Part shown: piece by piece, positions 20,197-29,747 of the stretch | How the letters are laid out: each line of letters begins with the position of its first letter | Numbering within the stretch: the first letter of the stretch is position 1 | NCBI GenBank assembly: GCA_963664405.1 | Contig: OY761158.1 | Location: forward strand, 2,112,001-2,176,000 | Length of the DNA: 64,000 nucleotides | Origin: Thermoanaerobaculia bacterium | GTDB lineage: Bacteria; Acidobacteriota; Thermoanaerobaculia; Multivoradales; Multivoraceae | Direction: 5' to 3' | The notes under the pieces: generated by a model | The model's input: the letters and a program-made list of their open reading frames with translations, nothing else | Told to the model about the DNA's origin: nothing | Database searches by the model: none | Translations under genes and position numbers: made by a program

Positions 20197-20940
20197 TCAG
20201 GCGTTCGAGAGGGGTCGATCCAGAATGGATCGCCTAGGTGCCACACCCGTCTTCTTGTCTAGGGCGATCATGAAGGACTCGCTTCCGCCCTCCATATCGG
20301 CCTGCACGATGAGCAGGTCCCGCCACAAGATGGGCGAGGTGCCCACGCTCATGCCGAAGCTTCCGATGTCGCCGATGTCGCGTTTCCACAGTGGCCGGCC
20401 TTCGATGTCGAAGGCGTATACCCCTTGTGATCCGAAGTAGGCATAGATCGCATCGGCGTCGAGGACAGGAGTGGGCGATGCGTAGGAGCCGTTCCGATGG
20501 CGATTGTCGTAGACCCTGCTGTCGCTGGCTGTGCGTCTCCAGCGGACCGCTCCGGTCCGAACGTCGACGGCGATCACCTCGAGCCGATGCCGCCGGTCGG
20601 CACCGACGCTCTCGGGATGGAGGAACTCGCCGCCCTTCCGAAAGTGAAAGGGCGCCTTGGCGCCGGGGATCTTCTCGCCTTCAATGGCAGTGGTGACGAA
20701 CACGAGATCGTCCCAGATGACCGGCGAAGAGTGGCCGCGCCCTTCGATCTCGATCTTCCAGAGGACGTTCTCGGTCGCGCTCCAGTGCAAGGGAACGCTC
20801 GACTGTGCGATGCCGCGACCTCCGGGCCCGCGGAACTGCGGCCAGCGGTCTGCTTCCGCGTCGCTCTCGGACGCAGCCGTGAGCGACGTCGCAAGAGAGG
20901 CGACGATCAGCGTGCAACCCCAGCGCCAGCCGGCAATCAC
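20197..20940 (-). pseudogene. PQQ-like/BamB-type beta-propeller protein, 3'-truncated
   Basis: WPQFRGP, GHSSPVIW, YASPTPV, GTSPI, ALDKKTG, then an unrelated tail and stop at about 247 aa; its GTG overlaps the esterase TGA. Confidence 0.65.
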
Positions 20941-21914
20941 TCCGAGGATGCGCTCACAAAGTGTCCGGCGTGGAGCTGAAGGCCTTCCAAGCCGGCGTGG
21001 TCGTAGAGCTTGTAGATGTTGTGGGCCACACCCTGCACCAGCTCGAACTCGAAAGCGATCCCGAGCTCCTGGAGCCGGTCGCGCGAGACCTTGGCGCCGG
21101 GGAGCGAACGGAAGTCCTCGGTGCCGATCACGATGCGGATGGGCAGCCGGCCGGCGATACGATCGCGGTTGCGCTCGAGCAGGTACCAAGCGCCGGTCTC
21201 CCGCCAGTGATCGAGGTCCTCGCCCATCAGGATCTTCTTGGTACGAAGCGTCTCCTCGGCGCGCTCGGCGTTGTTGAGATCGGCCGCCATGATCATGGTT
21301 TTGAACTCGCGCACGCCACCGCTGCCGTAGACAACGACCGAGCTGAACAGGTCCGGGTGCATGGCGGCGATCCGCAGCGCCCCGCCGCCGCCCATCGAGA
21401 AGCCCTGAACCGCCCGCCCCTCGCGCCGGCCGATCGTGCGATAAGTGGCGTCGATGTGGGGAATGAGCTCGTCGACGATCATTGTCTCGGGGCGGACTGT
21501 GCCGTCGATCGAGTCGATATACCCGCTGTTGCGCCCACCGTTGGCGAACACCATGAGCATCGGCGGCACATCCTCAGCCTCGATGGCAGCGTGCAGGTAG
21601 GTGGCCAGGCGGATCGTGCGCGACTCGTTGCCGGCACTACCGTGCAGGAAGTACACGACCGGGAAGCGCCAGCCGGGCTCGGCGTCGTAGGCTGGTGGTA
21701 GGTAGACGTTGTAGCCCACCGCCGTATCCATGCACGTCGAGTGAAAGGTACCGTGTCGCACTCCGGCCGGAGCCTTCTCCGGCGGATTGACCCAGCTGAT
21801 TCGCAGCACCTCCGCGGCGGTGGGCGAGTCCCCCGCGAACAGGGCCAGCGGCCAGAGGCAGATCGCCCACACCAAGGCCAGGCAGATGGCAATCCGATTG
21901 ATTCGATGGCTCAC
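20937..21914 (-). CDS. Secreted esterase (Fes/XynC-like alpha/beta hydrolase)
   Basis: Signal peptide; VYLPP.Y, PVVYFLHG, ELIPHID, GFSMGG, GTED, GVAH. Confidence 0.88.
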   Translation of the reverse strand: MSHRINRIAICLALVWAICLWPLALFAGDSPTAAEVLRISWVNPPEKAPAGVRHGTFHSTCMDTAVGYNVYLPPAYDAEPGWRFPVVYFLHGSAGNESRTIRLATYLHAAIEAEDVPPMLMVFANGGRNSGYIDSIDGTVRPETMIVDELIPHIDATYRTIGRREGRAVQGFSMGGGGALRIAAMHPDLFSSVVVYGSGGVREFKTMIMAADLNNAERAEETLRTKKILMGEDLDHWRETGAWYLLERNRDRIAGRLPIRIVIGTEDFRSLPGAKVSRDRLQELGIAFEFELVQGVAHNIYKLYDHAGLEGLQLHAGHFVSASSE

Positions 21915-21959
21915 GCGGTGCTCAGCGCGGCTCGGTCGCTTGGCACGCAGCCCGTGCCG

Positions 21960-22700
21960 CTATTTCTTTTCCTGCAAGTAGTGCTCGATCGAGCGATCCA
22001 TGGTCTCGCCGTCGAACCAAGGGTGCTTGACCTCGACGGTGCCATCGGGGTTGACCAGGAGACCGACATTCGGCCCTCCACCCAGTTGCTCCCAGGCTTC
22101 ATTGTTCATCTGATCGACCAGGATCGGCACCTGGACATCGAGCAGCTCACGGAACTCTCCCGCCAACTCGATCCGACCCTCGAGATCGGTCGGCTGACGT
22201 CGCGCCAGCCCGACCTTCTCGTTTCCGCCAGGCCTCTCACCGGGGCGCTCGGGGTTCTCGAGCTCCGGCGAGTACTTGGCGTAGGGCGAAGGGTCGATCG
22301 TAGGATGAGCCTCCTGAGTGTAGATCACCGCCACATTGAGCTGGTCTTTGTACTTCTCGGCCAGCTCTTCGACCCAGGGCTGCCGCTCCCGCGAGCGGCC
22401 GCAGGTGAGGGAGGCCCCTACTACCAATGTGGGCTTGTCGTCTTGCCACAGGCTCGACAGGCTCGTCTCCTCCCCGTCCATGGTGAGAACGGGGAGGTCC
22501 GGTACCTGCTTGCCCGGCACCACTCCTCGAGTGTCGAAGTCCTCGACGGTCTTGGCTCGGCGCGCCTCCCGCTGCGCGATCTGCAGCGGAGACAGGTTCT
22601 TGTCTCGGTCGGAGTGCTTGTCAGCCGCCGCTAGAGGCAAAGCAAGACCCACAGCCAAGAGCAGAGGGACGAGGGTTCGGAATCCGATTCGCGATCGCAT
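21960..22700 (-). CDS. Iodothyronine deiodinase-like thioredoxin-fold protein (Cys form), secreted
   Basis: KPTLVVGASLTC (cf. RPLVLNFGSCTU), IYTQEAHP (cf. YIEEAH), LVDQMNN...GGGPN; signal peptide. Confidence 0.78.
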   Translation of the reverse strand: MRSRIGFRTLVPLLLAVGLALPLAAADKHSDRDKNLSPLQIAQREARRAKTVEDFDTRGVVPGKQVPDLPVLTMDGEETSLSSLWQDDKPTLVVGASLTCGRSRERQPWVEELAEKYKDQLNVAVIYTQEAHPTIDPSPYAKYSPELENPERPGERPGGNEKVGLARRQPTDLEGRIELAGEFRELLDVQVPILVDQMNNEAWEQLGGGPNVGLLVNPDGTVEVKHPWFDGETMDRSIEHYLQEKK

Positions 22701-22746
22701 GCTCTGTCTCCTAACTAGTCGCTCAGCCGAAACTACGAGTCACTCC

Positions 22747-25455
22747 CTAGAAAACGAAACCAATCTGCAGCCTGTACTCGCGCGGGATCTGGTACGCCGC
22801 CACTCCGGGGAAAGGCCGGCCGTTGGCGCGGTTGATGCCGATCAGCTCCTGCTCGTCGGTAACGTTGGCGGCCTCGAGCCCGATCCGGCCCTGCACCGGG
22901 CCGCGGATGGGGAAGTTCCACTGCGCGGTGAGGTTCAGGTTGAAGGTGTCCTCCATCTGCTGGGCGTCTCGTGGCTCGGAGTAGCTGCTGGTCCGAATCC
23001 TCTGCCTCGAGACCGGATGTTGGACAAAGGTGTTTCGGCGCAGCCCCCAATACTCACCGCCGCGGAAGCCGAAGTAGCCGCCGAGGGAGATGTTGTGGGA
23101 GCCGATCGGAATCCGCTTGACGCCGACAATATTGAGATTGTGGTCACGGTGAGAAAAGCCATGGCCATAACGGTTGACGATGGTGGCGTCGGTAGCTCCG
23201 GTGCCGACTTGCGCGCCGCCAAGGGCCTCGAAGAGAGCGTCATCCCAGGTCACTGTGTTGTCGCCGGCGCCGAAATTGTTGCCCTCGCCGTTGGACCAAG
23301 TGTAGTTGACACTCGCCATCCAGTTGTTGCGCATCGATCGTTTGAGTCCGAGACGTACACCTTCATACTTCCGTTCCGCCTTGAAGGGCGAGGTGCCCCA
23401 GGTGCGGACGTCAATGACTTCGAAGCCGTCGTCATCGAACTGTGAGGTCGCCATCCAGAGGTCGTCGAGCTCCCACAGGATACCCGTGGTCTCGAACACC
23501 CAGAGGTCGGAGAACTGCCATGCAAAGCCGAGGGTGATCTCGTCCTTGTAGTTGGGATCGATCTGCTGTACCGAATTGGCATCGGCAGGGGTGATCCGCG
23601 TCTGGAAGATGTCGTAGAGCTGGGTTGCGGGATTCCACCCGAACCTGTCGAAGAGATTTCTCCCGTTGGGAAGCGAGCCGTACAGGCGAGGCGAGAAGTC
23701 GGCGGTGTGACCGTTGTAGTAGCGGCCCAGAGTAGCCCTGATCAGGAAACTGCCATCGGCCTTGGTGTCGTAGCTCATGGCCACACGCGGCGCCACCTCG
23801 GTCCAGTCAACGGTCTGGATCCCGATGTCCTGGAACTGCTCCTGCTGATCGAGACGCAACCCCAGGTTGAATACCCATTTGTCACCCACGCTGAGGCGGT
23901 CCTGGGCGTAGAGCGACAAGATCTCGCCGTTCGTGGTGGTCGCGGCAGCGGGATCGTAGACCTCCAGGAGGTCGGGCTGCGCAAAACCGCCAGCAGCATT
24001 CTCGTCGTAGCCGCGACCGAAGAAGCGGTGACCGATGATGTTCAAGCGCTCATCCTCGAGATCCTGATAGTCGACGCCGAACTTGAGCTCGTTGTTGCCC
24101 CGGTACAAGCTCAAAGCTACGTTCGCCTGGTCGCGGAGACCAGTGATGAAGCCCTCTCCGGCAGCCTGTCCGATGGTGTTGTAACCGATATTCCCCCGAC
24201 GATCCTGATACGAGAGGTTGTTGCCGAGCGGGCTGTGCGGAGAGGCGTTCGGATCGATCACGCGGGCCCTCGCGGCGGATCGATTCACAGTGTTTTCCTG
24301 GGAAGCGATCTTGAGCTCGAGAAAGGCCGAAGAGTTGATGGTAAAGGCCCAACTGGCGGTCATGACCTCACCCGGCAGGTTGCAGGCGCAGAGGGCGAAA
24401 CGATCGCCGGTCCGAGCATTGGCATGAAACTTCTCGATCGGACTGTCGATATAGAGCCCCGTGAAAGCGTTCCGATCGTTGGGCTGAAGGTTGATCTTTA
24501 CGACCGGGATCTCAACCTTGAAGCTTACCTCCTCGACCGAGCCGTCAGCGGTGAAGTCGACTTGATTGGTGTTCTGGTCGGCGTAGGAGACAAAGAACCA
24601 TGCCTTGTCCTGGACGATCGAGCCACCGAGGTTGGCCTCGAAGCTGTCGATGATCTCGTCCTTCCGCGGAATGTCGGTGTACTCGTAAGGTGCCCGCCAA
24701 TCCTGATTCTGCGGGATATACAAGAACTGGCCGTGAAAGGTGTTGGTCCCCGACTTGACCACCGCGTTGGTGACCCCGGCGGACACGCGACCGTACTCGA
24801 CACCGAATCCGGCATCCTGGAGAGAGACTTCTTCCAGCGACGTGGTCGGCAGCATCGTCCGTGGGCTGCCGCCGTGCCGCGCGAAACTGGTGTCGACACC
24901 ATCAATGAAGCCGGCAGTCTCCCCTTGCTCGCCGCCGTTCAGCATGAATCCGAAGTCGCCCTGGAATCGAGATCGGAAGTCGTGCACGACCCCCGGCAGG
25001 GCCTCGATCGAGGCCTGGTAGTTGCGACCTTTGAAGCTCAACTGCTCAGCAACATCGGCCTCCAACGCCGAAACTGCACCGACCTGGTACTTGTCGACCA
25101 AGGCGGACTCGGCCGTAACGATGATGGATTCGGAGGTGGCGCCGAGACTGAGGTCGTAAGTTTGCCTCTGACCGGTAGTCAAACCCACCACTCCCTCTGA
25201 AGACCCCATGCCTTCGAGGGTGGCGGTAATCTTGTAGGACGATGCCTGGAGGAGCGTGAAGCGGTAGGCCCCGTCGGCGTCGGTCCCGGTCGACTGCTCA
25301 CCGCGATCACTGCTGAGCGTAACGGTGACTCCGGGCAGACCATCGCCCTGAGCATCGACCACCCGGCCGTCGATCGTCCCGACCGAAGGTCCGTCAGCTG
25401 CGAGAGGACCTACTAAAAGCGTCAGTATTCCGAGAGCCAAGATCCATCTATGCAT
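22747..25455 (-). CDS. TonB-dependent receptor with N-terminal carboxypeptidase-regulatory-like domain
   Basis: Signal peptide MHRWILALG; GRVVDAQGDGLPGVTVTL; EYGR.S.GV.N.V.KSGTN.FHG; C-terminal PREYRLQIGFVF. Confidence 0.92.
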   Translation of the reverse strand: MHRWILALGILTLLVGPLAADGPSVGTIDGRVVDAQGDGLPGVTVTLSSDRGEQSTGTDADGAYRFTLLQASSYKITATLEGMGSSEGVVGLTTGQRQTYDLSLGATSESIIVTAESALVDKYQVGAVSALEADVAEQLSFKGRNYQASIEALPGVVHDFRSRFQGDFGFMLNGGEQGETAGFIDGVDTSFARHGGSPRTMLPTTSLEEVSLQDAGFGVEYGRVSAGVTNAVVKSGTNTFHGQFLYIPQNQDWRAPYEYTDIPRKDEIIDSFEANLGGSIVQDKAWFFVSYADQNTNQVDFTADGSVEEVSFKVEIPVVKINLQPNDRNAFTGLYIDSPIEKFHANARTGDRFALCACNLPGEVMTASWAFTINSSAFLELKIASQENTVNRSAARARVIDPNASPHSPLGNNLSYQDRRGNIGYNTIGQAAGEGFITGLRDQANVALSLYRGNNELKFGVDYQDLEDERLNIIGHRFFGRGYDENAAGGFAQPDLLEVYDPAAATTTNGEILSLYAQDRLSVGDKWVFNLGLRLDQQEQFQDIGIQTVDWTEVAPRVAMSYDTKADGSFLIRATLGRYYNGHTADFSPRLYGSLPNGRNLFDRFGWNPATQLYDIFQTRITPADANSVQQIDPNYKDEITLGFAWQFSDLWVFETTGILWELDDLWMATSQFDDDGFEVIDVRTWGTSPFKAERKYEGVRLGLKRSMRNNWMASVNYTWSNGEGNNFGAGDNTVTWDDALFEALGGAQVGTGATDATIVNRYGHGFSHRDHNLNIVGVKRIPIGSHNISLGGYFGFRGGEYWGLRRNTFVQHPVSRQRIRTSSYSEPRDAQQMEDTFNLNLTAQWNFPIRGPVQGRIGLEAANVTDEQELIGINRANGRPFPGVAAYQIPREYRLQIGFVF

Positions 25456-25554
25456 CACGTTCTCCTGGGTTAAATCACAAACAAGGGGCAACCGGATGAA
25501 ATTCGACCTTCTCCGAGCGGTCGCCTTTTGGTGCAAGTTACGCGCAGCCTAGCC

Positions 25555-25570
25555 TAGACAGATCGGTCTA
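25555..25570. promoter_or_regulatory. 16-bp palindromic operator candidate TAGACAGATCGGTCTA
   Basis: Perfect TAGAC/GTCTA arms in the TBDR-TetR divergent region; the motif recurs in four other promoter regions. Confidence 0.7.
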
Positions 25571-25588
25571 GTCAACAATTCTCAACCG

Positions 25589-25605
25589 ATTGACAACAAG
25601 TCAAT
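25589..25605. promoter_or_regulatory. Second palindrome ATTGAC-AACAA-GTCAAT containing a TTGACA -35-like hexamer
   Basis: Perfect 6-bp arms in the AT-rich divergent promoter upstream of TetR. Confidence 0.5.
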
Positions 25606-25658
25606 ATTCTGGATCGAGTCCACAAAAATGAACCGCCCGTTTCGCCAGATCGTTTGAC

Positions 25659-26531
25659 TTGCTCACGGCGATCAAATACCGTTTCGACGCCTTGTCAAAA
25701 CACAGTCAAGCTGTTCCCGGCCCGGACAGCAATCCCCGCCTTGCCCGCAAGGCTCGGGAGCAGCTCCGCCGGCAGCAGGACATCCTGTCTGTGGCACGGG
25801 ATGTTTTGCAGCAAGAAGGCGTCGCCGGTTTCTCGATGGAGCGCATCGCAGAGGAGGCTGGCTATTCGCGCACCGCCGTCTACCACTACTTCCCGTCGAA
25901 GGAAGATGTGATCATGGCTCTGGCGATCGAGACCACGGAGCTGCGCCTCCAGCTGCAGGATCGGGTCAGGCACTTCGATGCCCGACCCCGCGAGCGCATG
26001 GTCGCCCTCGGCGAGGTGACGGCGGTCCTCTACCCGGTGCATGTCGTCGCCGAGGTCATCGCCTACGCCAACGCCGTGCGCATCAAAACCTCCGACGAGC
26101 TGCAGCAGCACCTCCGCAACCTCGACCAGCAGGAGGACGCGGTCGCCGCGGAAGTAATCGCAGAGGCTGTCCAATGCGGAGATCTCAGCCTACCGCAAGG
26201 TATACGGTTGCACGAGCTCCGCTACGCTCTCGACACCTTTGGTCGTGGCATTTTCAGCTCCATCGCCACCGCCACGCCGTTCGAAGAGCTCGACATCCCC
26301 GACCCCCGAGTTCTGCTGCGCAAAGTCGGAGTCCACTTTCTCGACGGTCTGCAATGGCAACCCCTGAGCACCGAATGGGACTACAGCAGAACCATGAGGC
26401 GGATCTACAGCGAGGTGTTTCCGCCGGCCTTCCTCTTCTCTCTTGGTCTGGCATCGGACCAACCTCGGGTCCGTAAGAGCTCGGCTCGCGGCGCCGTTCC
26501 CGCCGAGGAAACCGCCGACACGAGCTCTTGA
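25659..26531 (+). CDS. TetR/AcrR family transcriptional regulator
   Basis: ILSVARDVLQQEGVAGFSMERIAEEAGYSRTAVYHYFPSKEDV HTH; start uncertain. Confidence 0.92.
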   Translation: MLTAIKYRFDALSKHSQAVPGPDSNPRLARKAREQLRRQQDILSVARDVLQQEGVAGFSMERIAEEAGYSRTAVYHYFPSKEDVIMALAIETTELRLQLQDRVRHFDARPRERMVALGEVTAVLYPVHVVAEVIAYANAVRIKTSDELQQHLRNLDQQEDAVAAEVIAEAVQCGDLSLPQGIRLHELRYALDTFGRGIFSSIATATPFEELDIPDPRVLLRKVGVHFLDGLQWQPLSTEWDYSRTMRRIYSEVFPPAFLFSLGLASDQPRVRKSSARGAVPAEETADTSS

Positions 26532-26556
26532 AGCGCGGCGGCGCTCTGCCGCTATC

Positions 26557-29256
26557 ATGGTAATAACCGCTGGAGACTTCGGTTTGTCTATTCTCGAGAT
26601 CAGGAGCTTGGGCCTGACCGCCCTTCTCGGAGCGTCCCTCGGTTGCGGACCCACGCCGACAACGGGACCGGCTGCATCCGACGACTACCTGTCTCCTCAG
26701 CTGCGCGAGCGGGTCGAAGAGGTCAAACGAGAGCGCGCCGAGGAGCCCACCAGCCCCGACAATATCTACGAGCGGGTGGATGTGCTGTGGGATTGGGCCA
26801 ATGCCTACGCAATGACCGGCGGGCCACTCCCGGTCAATTTCGCTCTCGACATCGCGGTGATGCGGTGGGCCGAGGCCGACGGTTCCGCCGCCGACGTACG
26901 TCTGGTCAACGACGTGGAACTGGCCACCGTCAATGACTACGTGCCCTACATCGACAGCTACCTGCGCGAGCTCCAGATCAAGGACGAGCAACCGGGCGCT
27001 ATCGGCACCCTCCACTTCGTCTCCGACGAGCCGCTGACGGTGGATACCTACACCACTGTGGAGATGGTCTATACCGTCGGTACCATGCCGATGGCGGTGG
27101 GCGGCGGGGCGATAGCTGGGCGCCAATGGCTGGCCGATGTCAACGACTATCAGAACACCGATCCCACCGCGCCCAACTATGTGACCGCGCGGGTGTCACG
27201 GTCCGAAGCCCGCATCGATGCGGTCATGGTCCCCCTGGTCGGACCGCACGGCTCGCAGCGCTTCCCCAAGCCGACCCCTGCCTTCCTCCTCGAGGGGGCG
27301 GCTCTCCAGCCCGGCGACACTCTCACCGTGACCTACGGCGATCGCTCGGGAGGCTCGCCAGGGATACGAGTGCAAGGCTTCACCACCGATGCCCTCCTCT
27401 TCCCGCTCTATCTCGACCTGGAAGGGAAAGACCACTGGCTGACGCCGGTGTGGCCACCGCTGGAGGTGGTCGGCGCAGAAGTCGCCGGCGTGCGCGTTCT
27501 GGCGCCGTCGGTGGTCGCCGCTGGAGAACCTTTCGATCTCACGGTGCGAAGCGAGGACGCAGCAACGAATCGCGCGACCGGCTCCATCCCGACCTACGAA
27601 GTACTTCTGGACGCCAAGGTCGTTGCCGAGGTCGAAGCCTCCGAGGATGCCCTGGTGCTGGTCGACGAGCTCACAATCGAAGAACCAGGGACCTACCGCT
27701 TCGTGGTGCGCTCCAAGGGCGGGGACCTCGACGCCGTTGCCATCAGCAACCCGGTGTGGGTCGAGGCAAACCCCGAGCGGCTGGTGCTCTGGGGTGAGAC
27801 CCACGGCCACACCGATTTCGCCGAAGGGCAAGGAACGCCCCAGGCCTACTTTCGCTACGGCGTCGAGGACTCACGCCTCGACTTCTTCACTCTCTCCGAG
27901 CACGACTTCTGGCTCGACGACTACGAGTGGACCGTGCTCCAGGAGCTCAGTCGAACCACCACCGCGGAGGGCCGAGCGATCGCTTTCCTCGGCTACGAGT
28001 GGACTCCGACGAGAAAGCGCGGCGGCCACCACAACGTGCTCTTTCGCACCCCCGACAACCGAGAGCGCGTGCCGGTCCAGGAGGCCCATCGCCTGCCTCT
28101 CCTCTGGCAGGGACTGCGGGCCGCAAACGAGGAAGAAGACCTGCTGATCATCCCCCACGCTCACTCCGCCGGCGACTGGACCCAGAGCGACGGCGGGCTC
28201 GAACGAGTGGTCGAGATCCACTCGGTGCACGGAAGCTTCGAGTGGTACGGCAACATGTTCCTGCGCAATGGCTTCGAGGTCGGATTTCTCGCCGCTTCGG
28301 ACGATCATCGAGCGAAGCCGGGAGCGCCAAGGGGACTCACCCAGTCCTCCCTCATCGGCCGACCAGGTCTCGCCGCTGTAAGAGCGCCGGAGAAGAGCCC
28401 CGACGCGGTCTTCGACTCGCTCCGCAGTCGCTCGGTCTACGCGACCTCCGGACAACGTATCCTCCTCGACGCCACCTTGAACGGCCACGAGATGGGAACC
28501 CGCCAGCCGATGGCGGACGAGCGCCAGATTCTGTGCCGTGTGTCGGGGACCTCGCCGATCGATCACATCGATGTGGTCAAGAACAGCGAAGTGGTCTTCT
28601 CTCGCAGCTACCTGTCAACGCCGCTCTCCTCTCGCTCCTGGCTCCAGGTCGGATTCGAATCTTCATCCGAAGTCTTCACTCTCGACTCTGTCGACAACCC
28701 GAGGCCCTACCGGATCTGGCAGGGCACCTTGCGCATCTCGGGCGCAACCGCGATCGGCTTCGAGGCCATCGGTTTCGACACCCCGGCCCTGGACACGATC
28801 GAAGAGGTAGAGCCTGGCCTCTACCTCTTCCGCATCTACACTCGCGGCCGGCGGGAGACAGTGCTCTTCGAGCTCGAAGGAGCCACCTCGTCGACCACCC
28901 TCGACTTCGAGCTCGAGCCCACTCGCGAGTACGGTCTGGGCCAGGGCCACGAGCGCCTCGCCCTCGACATTCCAGGCACCGAAGTCCGCCTGAGCCTTGC
29001 CGATCTCGAGAACGATCGCCTCGAGCGCGAGGTTCCGTTCTTGGAGCACACCGATCGGCTGAGTCTCCAGGTGGTGCAGCCGAATAGCCCCCTGGACCAG
29101 GAGTTCGAGTACTCCGATATGGAGCCAACGTCGCCGGGCGACTACTACTATGTCCGGGTGACTCAGCTCGATGGTGGTCGTGCATGGTCCAGCCCCTTCT
29201 GGGTAGGCTCGAAACCACAGCCATCATCGGCCGCTGCGGCAGGGGGAGGCTTCTAG
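26557..29256 (+). CDS. Large PHP/DUF3604-like metallohydrolase lipoprotein, paralogue 2
   Basis: Lipobox SLGC; same motif chain as paralogue 1 (WDWANAYAMTGG, WGETHGH, SEHD, IPHAH, ASDDH, RAWSSPFWVG); start uncertain. Confidence 0.8.
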   Translation: MVITAGDFGLSILEIRSLGLTALLGASLGCGPTPTTGPAASDDYLSPQLRERVEEVKRERAEEPTSPDNIYERVDVLWDWANAYAMTGGPLPVNFALDIAVMRWAEADGSAADVRLVNDVELATVNDYVPYIDSYLRELQIKDEQPGAIGTLHFVSDEPLTVDTYTTVEMVYTVGTMPMAVGGGAIAGRQWLADVNDYQNTDPTAPNYVTARVSRSEARIDAVMVPLVGPHGSQRFPKPTPAFLLEGAALQPGDTLTVTYGDRSGGSPGIRVQGFTTDALLFPLYLDLEGKDHWLTPVWPPLEVVGAEVAGVRVLAPSVVAAGEPFDLTVRSEDAATNRATGSIPTYEVLLDAKVVAEVEASEDALVLVDELTIEEPGTYRFVVRSKGGDLDAVAISNPVWVEANPERLVLWGETHGHTDFAEGQGTPQAYFRYGVEDSRLDFFTLSEHDFWLDDYEWTVLQELSRTTTAEGRAIAFLGYEWTPTRKRGGHHNVLFRTPDNRERVPVQEAHRLPLLWQGLRAANEEEDLLIIPHAHSAGDWTQSDGGLERVVEIHSVHGSFEWYGNMFLRNGFEVGFLAASDDHRAKPGAPRGLTQSSLIGRPGLAAVRAPEKSPDAVFDSLRSRSVYATSGQRILLDATLNGHEMGTRQPMADERQILCRVSGTSPIDHIDVVKNSEVVFSRSYLSTPLSSRSWLQVGFESSSEVFTLDSVDNPRPYRIWQGTLRISGATAIGFEAIGFDTPALDTIEEVEPGLYLFRIYTRGRRETVLFELEGATSSTTLDFELEPTREYGLGQGHERLALDIPGTEVRLSLADLENDRLEREVPFLEHTDRLSLQVVQPNSPLDQEFEYSDMEPTSPGDYYYVRVTQLDGGRAWSSPFWVGSKPQPSSAAAAGGGF

Positions 29257-29735
29257 TGAAGACAATCCGATTCGACGATATCGACACCCTCCGCCAGCAG
29301 GTGTCGAACGAATTCGGACCCTGGAGTGAGCCGATCGACGTGAGCCAGGAACTGATCGACGGGTTCGCCGCTCTCACCGGCGACGACGAGTGGATTCACG
29401 TCGACGTCGAGCGTGCGCGGCGCGAGAGCCCCTTCGGCGGACCGATCGCGCACGGCCTCTTGACTCTGAGTCTGTTCTCGAAACTTCCGGGCGACGGCTC
29501 TTTCGAAATCGTCGGCCATGGCAACCCGGCGAACTATGGGCTCGATCGCGTCCGCTTTCTCAGCCCGGTACCGGCCGGCGCGCAGCTTCACGCCCGCGCG
29601 CGCGTCGCCGAGGTCGAGGCAAAGCCCACAGGCACCCTTCTCGCCAGGGAAATCGAAGTGGGAGTCGTCGGAAGCGAGCGGCCGGCCATGATCTGCCGCC
29701 CCCTGACGCTTTTCCAGAAGGCTGTCGAGGCCTAG
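29256..29735 (+). CDS. MaoC-family dehydratase
   Basis: FAALTGDDEWIHVD, IAHGLLTLS, NYGLDRVRFLSPV; GTG start overlaps the upstream TAG. Confidence 0.9.
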   Translation: MKTIRFDDIDTLRQQVSNEFGPWSEPIDVSQELIDGFAALTGDDEWIHVDVERARRESPFGGPIAHGLLTLSLFSKLPGDGSFEIVGHGNPANYGLDRVRFLSPVPAGAQLHARARVAEVEAKPTGTLLAREIEVGVVGSERPAMICRPLTLFQKAVEA

Positions 29736-29747
29736 AGCATTAGCGTC

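Noticed and set aside
21960-22700. Selenocysteine recoding in the deiodinase-like gene
   Set aside because: The active-site codon is TGC and there is no in-frame TGA
23707-25200. Long antisense ORFs (for example 497 aa here, also 14922-16274 and 42323-43720)
   Set aside because: They are shadows of well-supported genes in GC-rich DNA and carry no motifs
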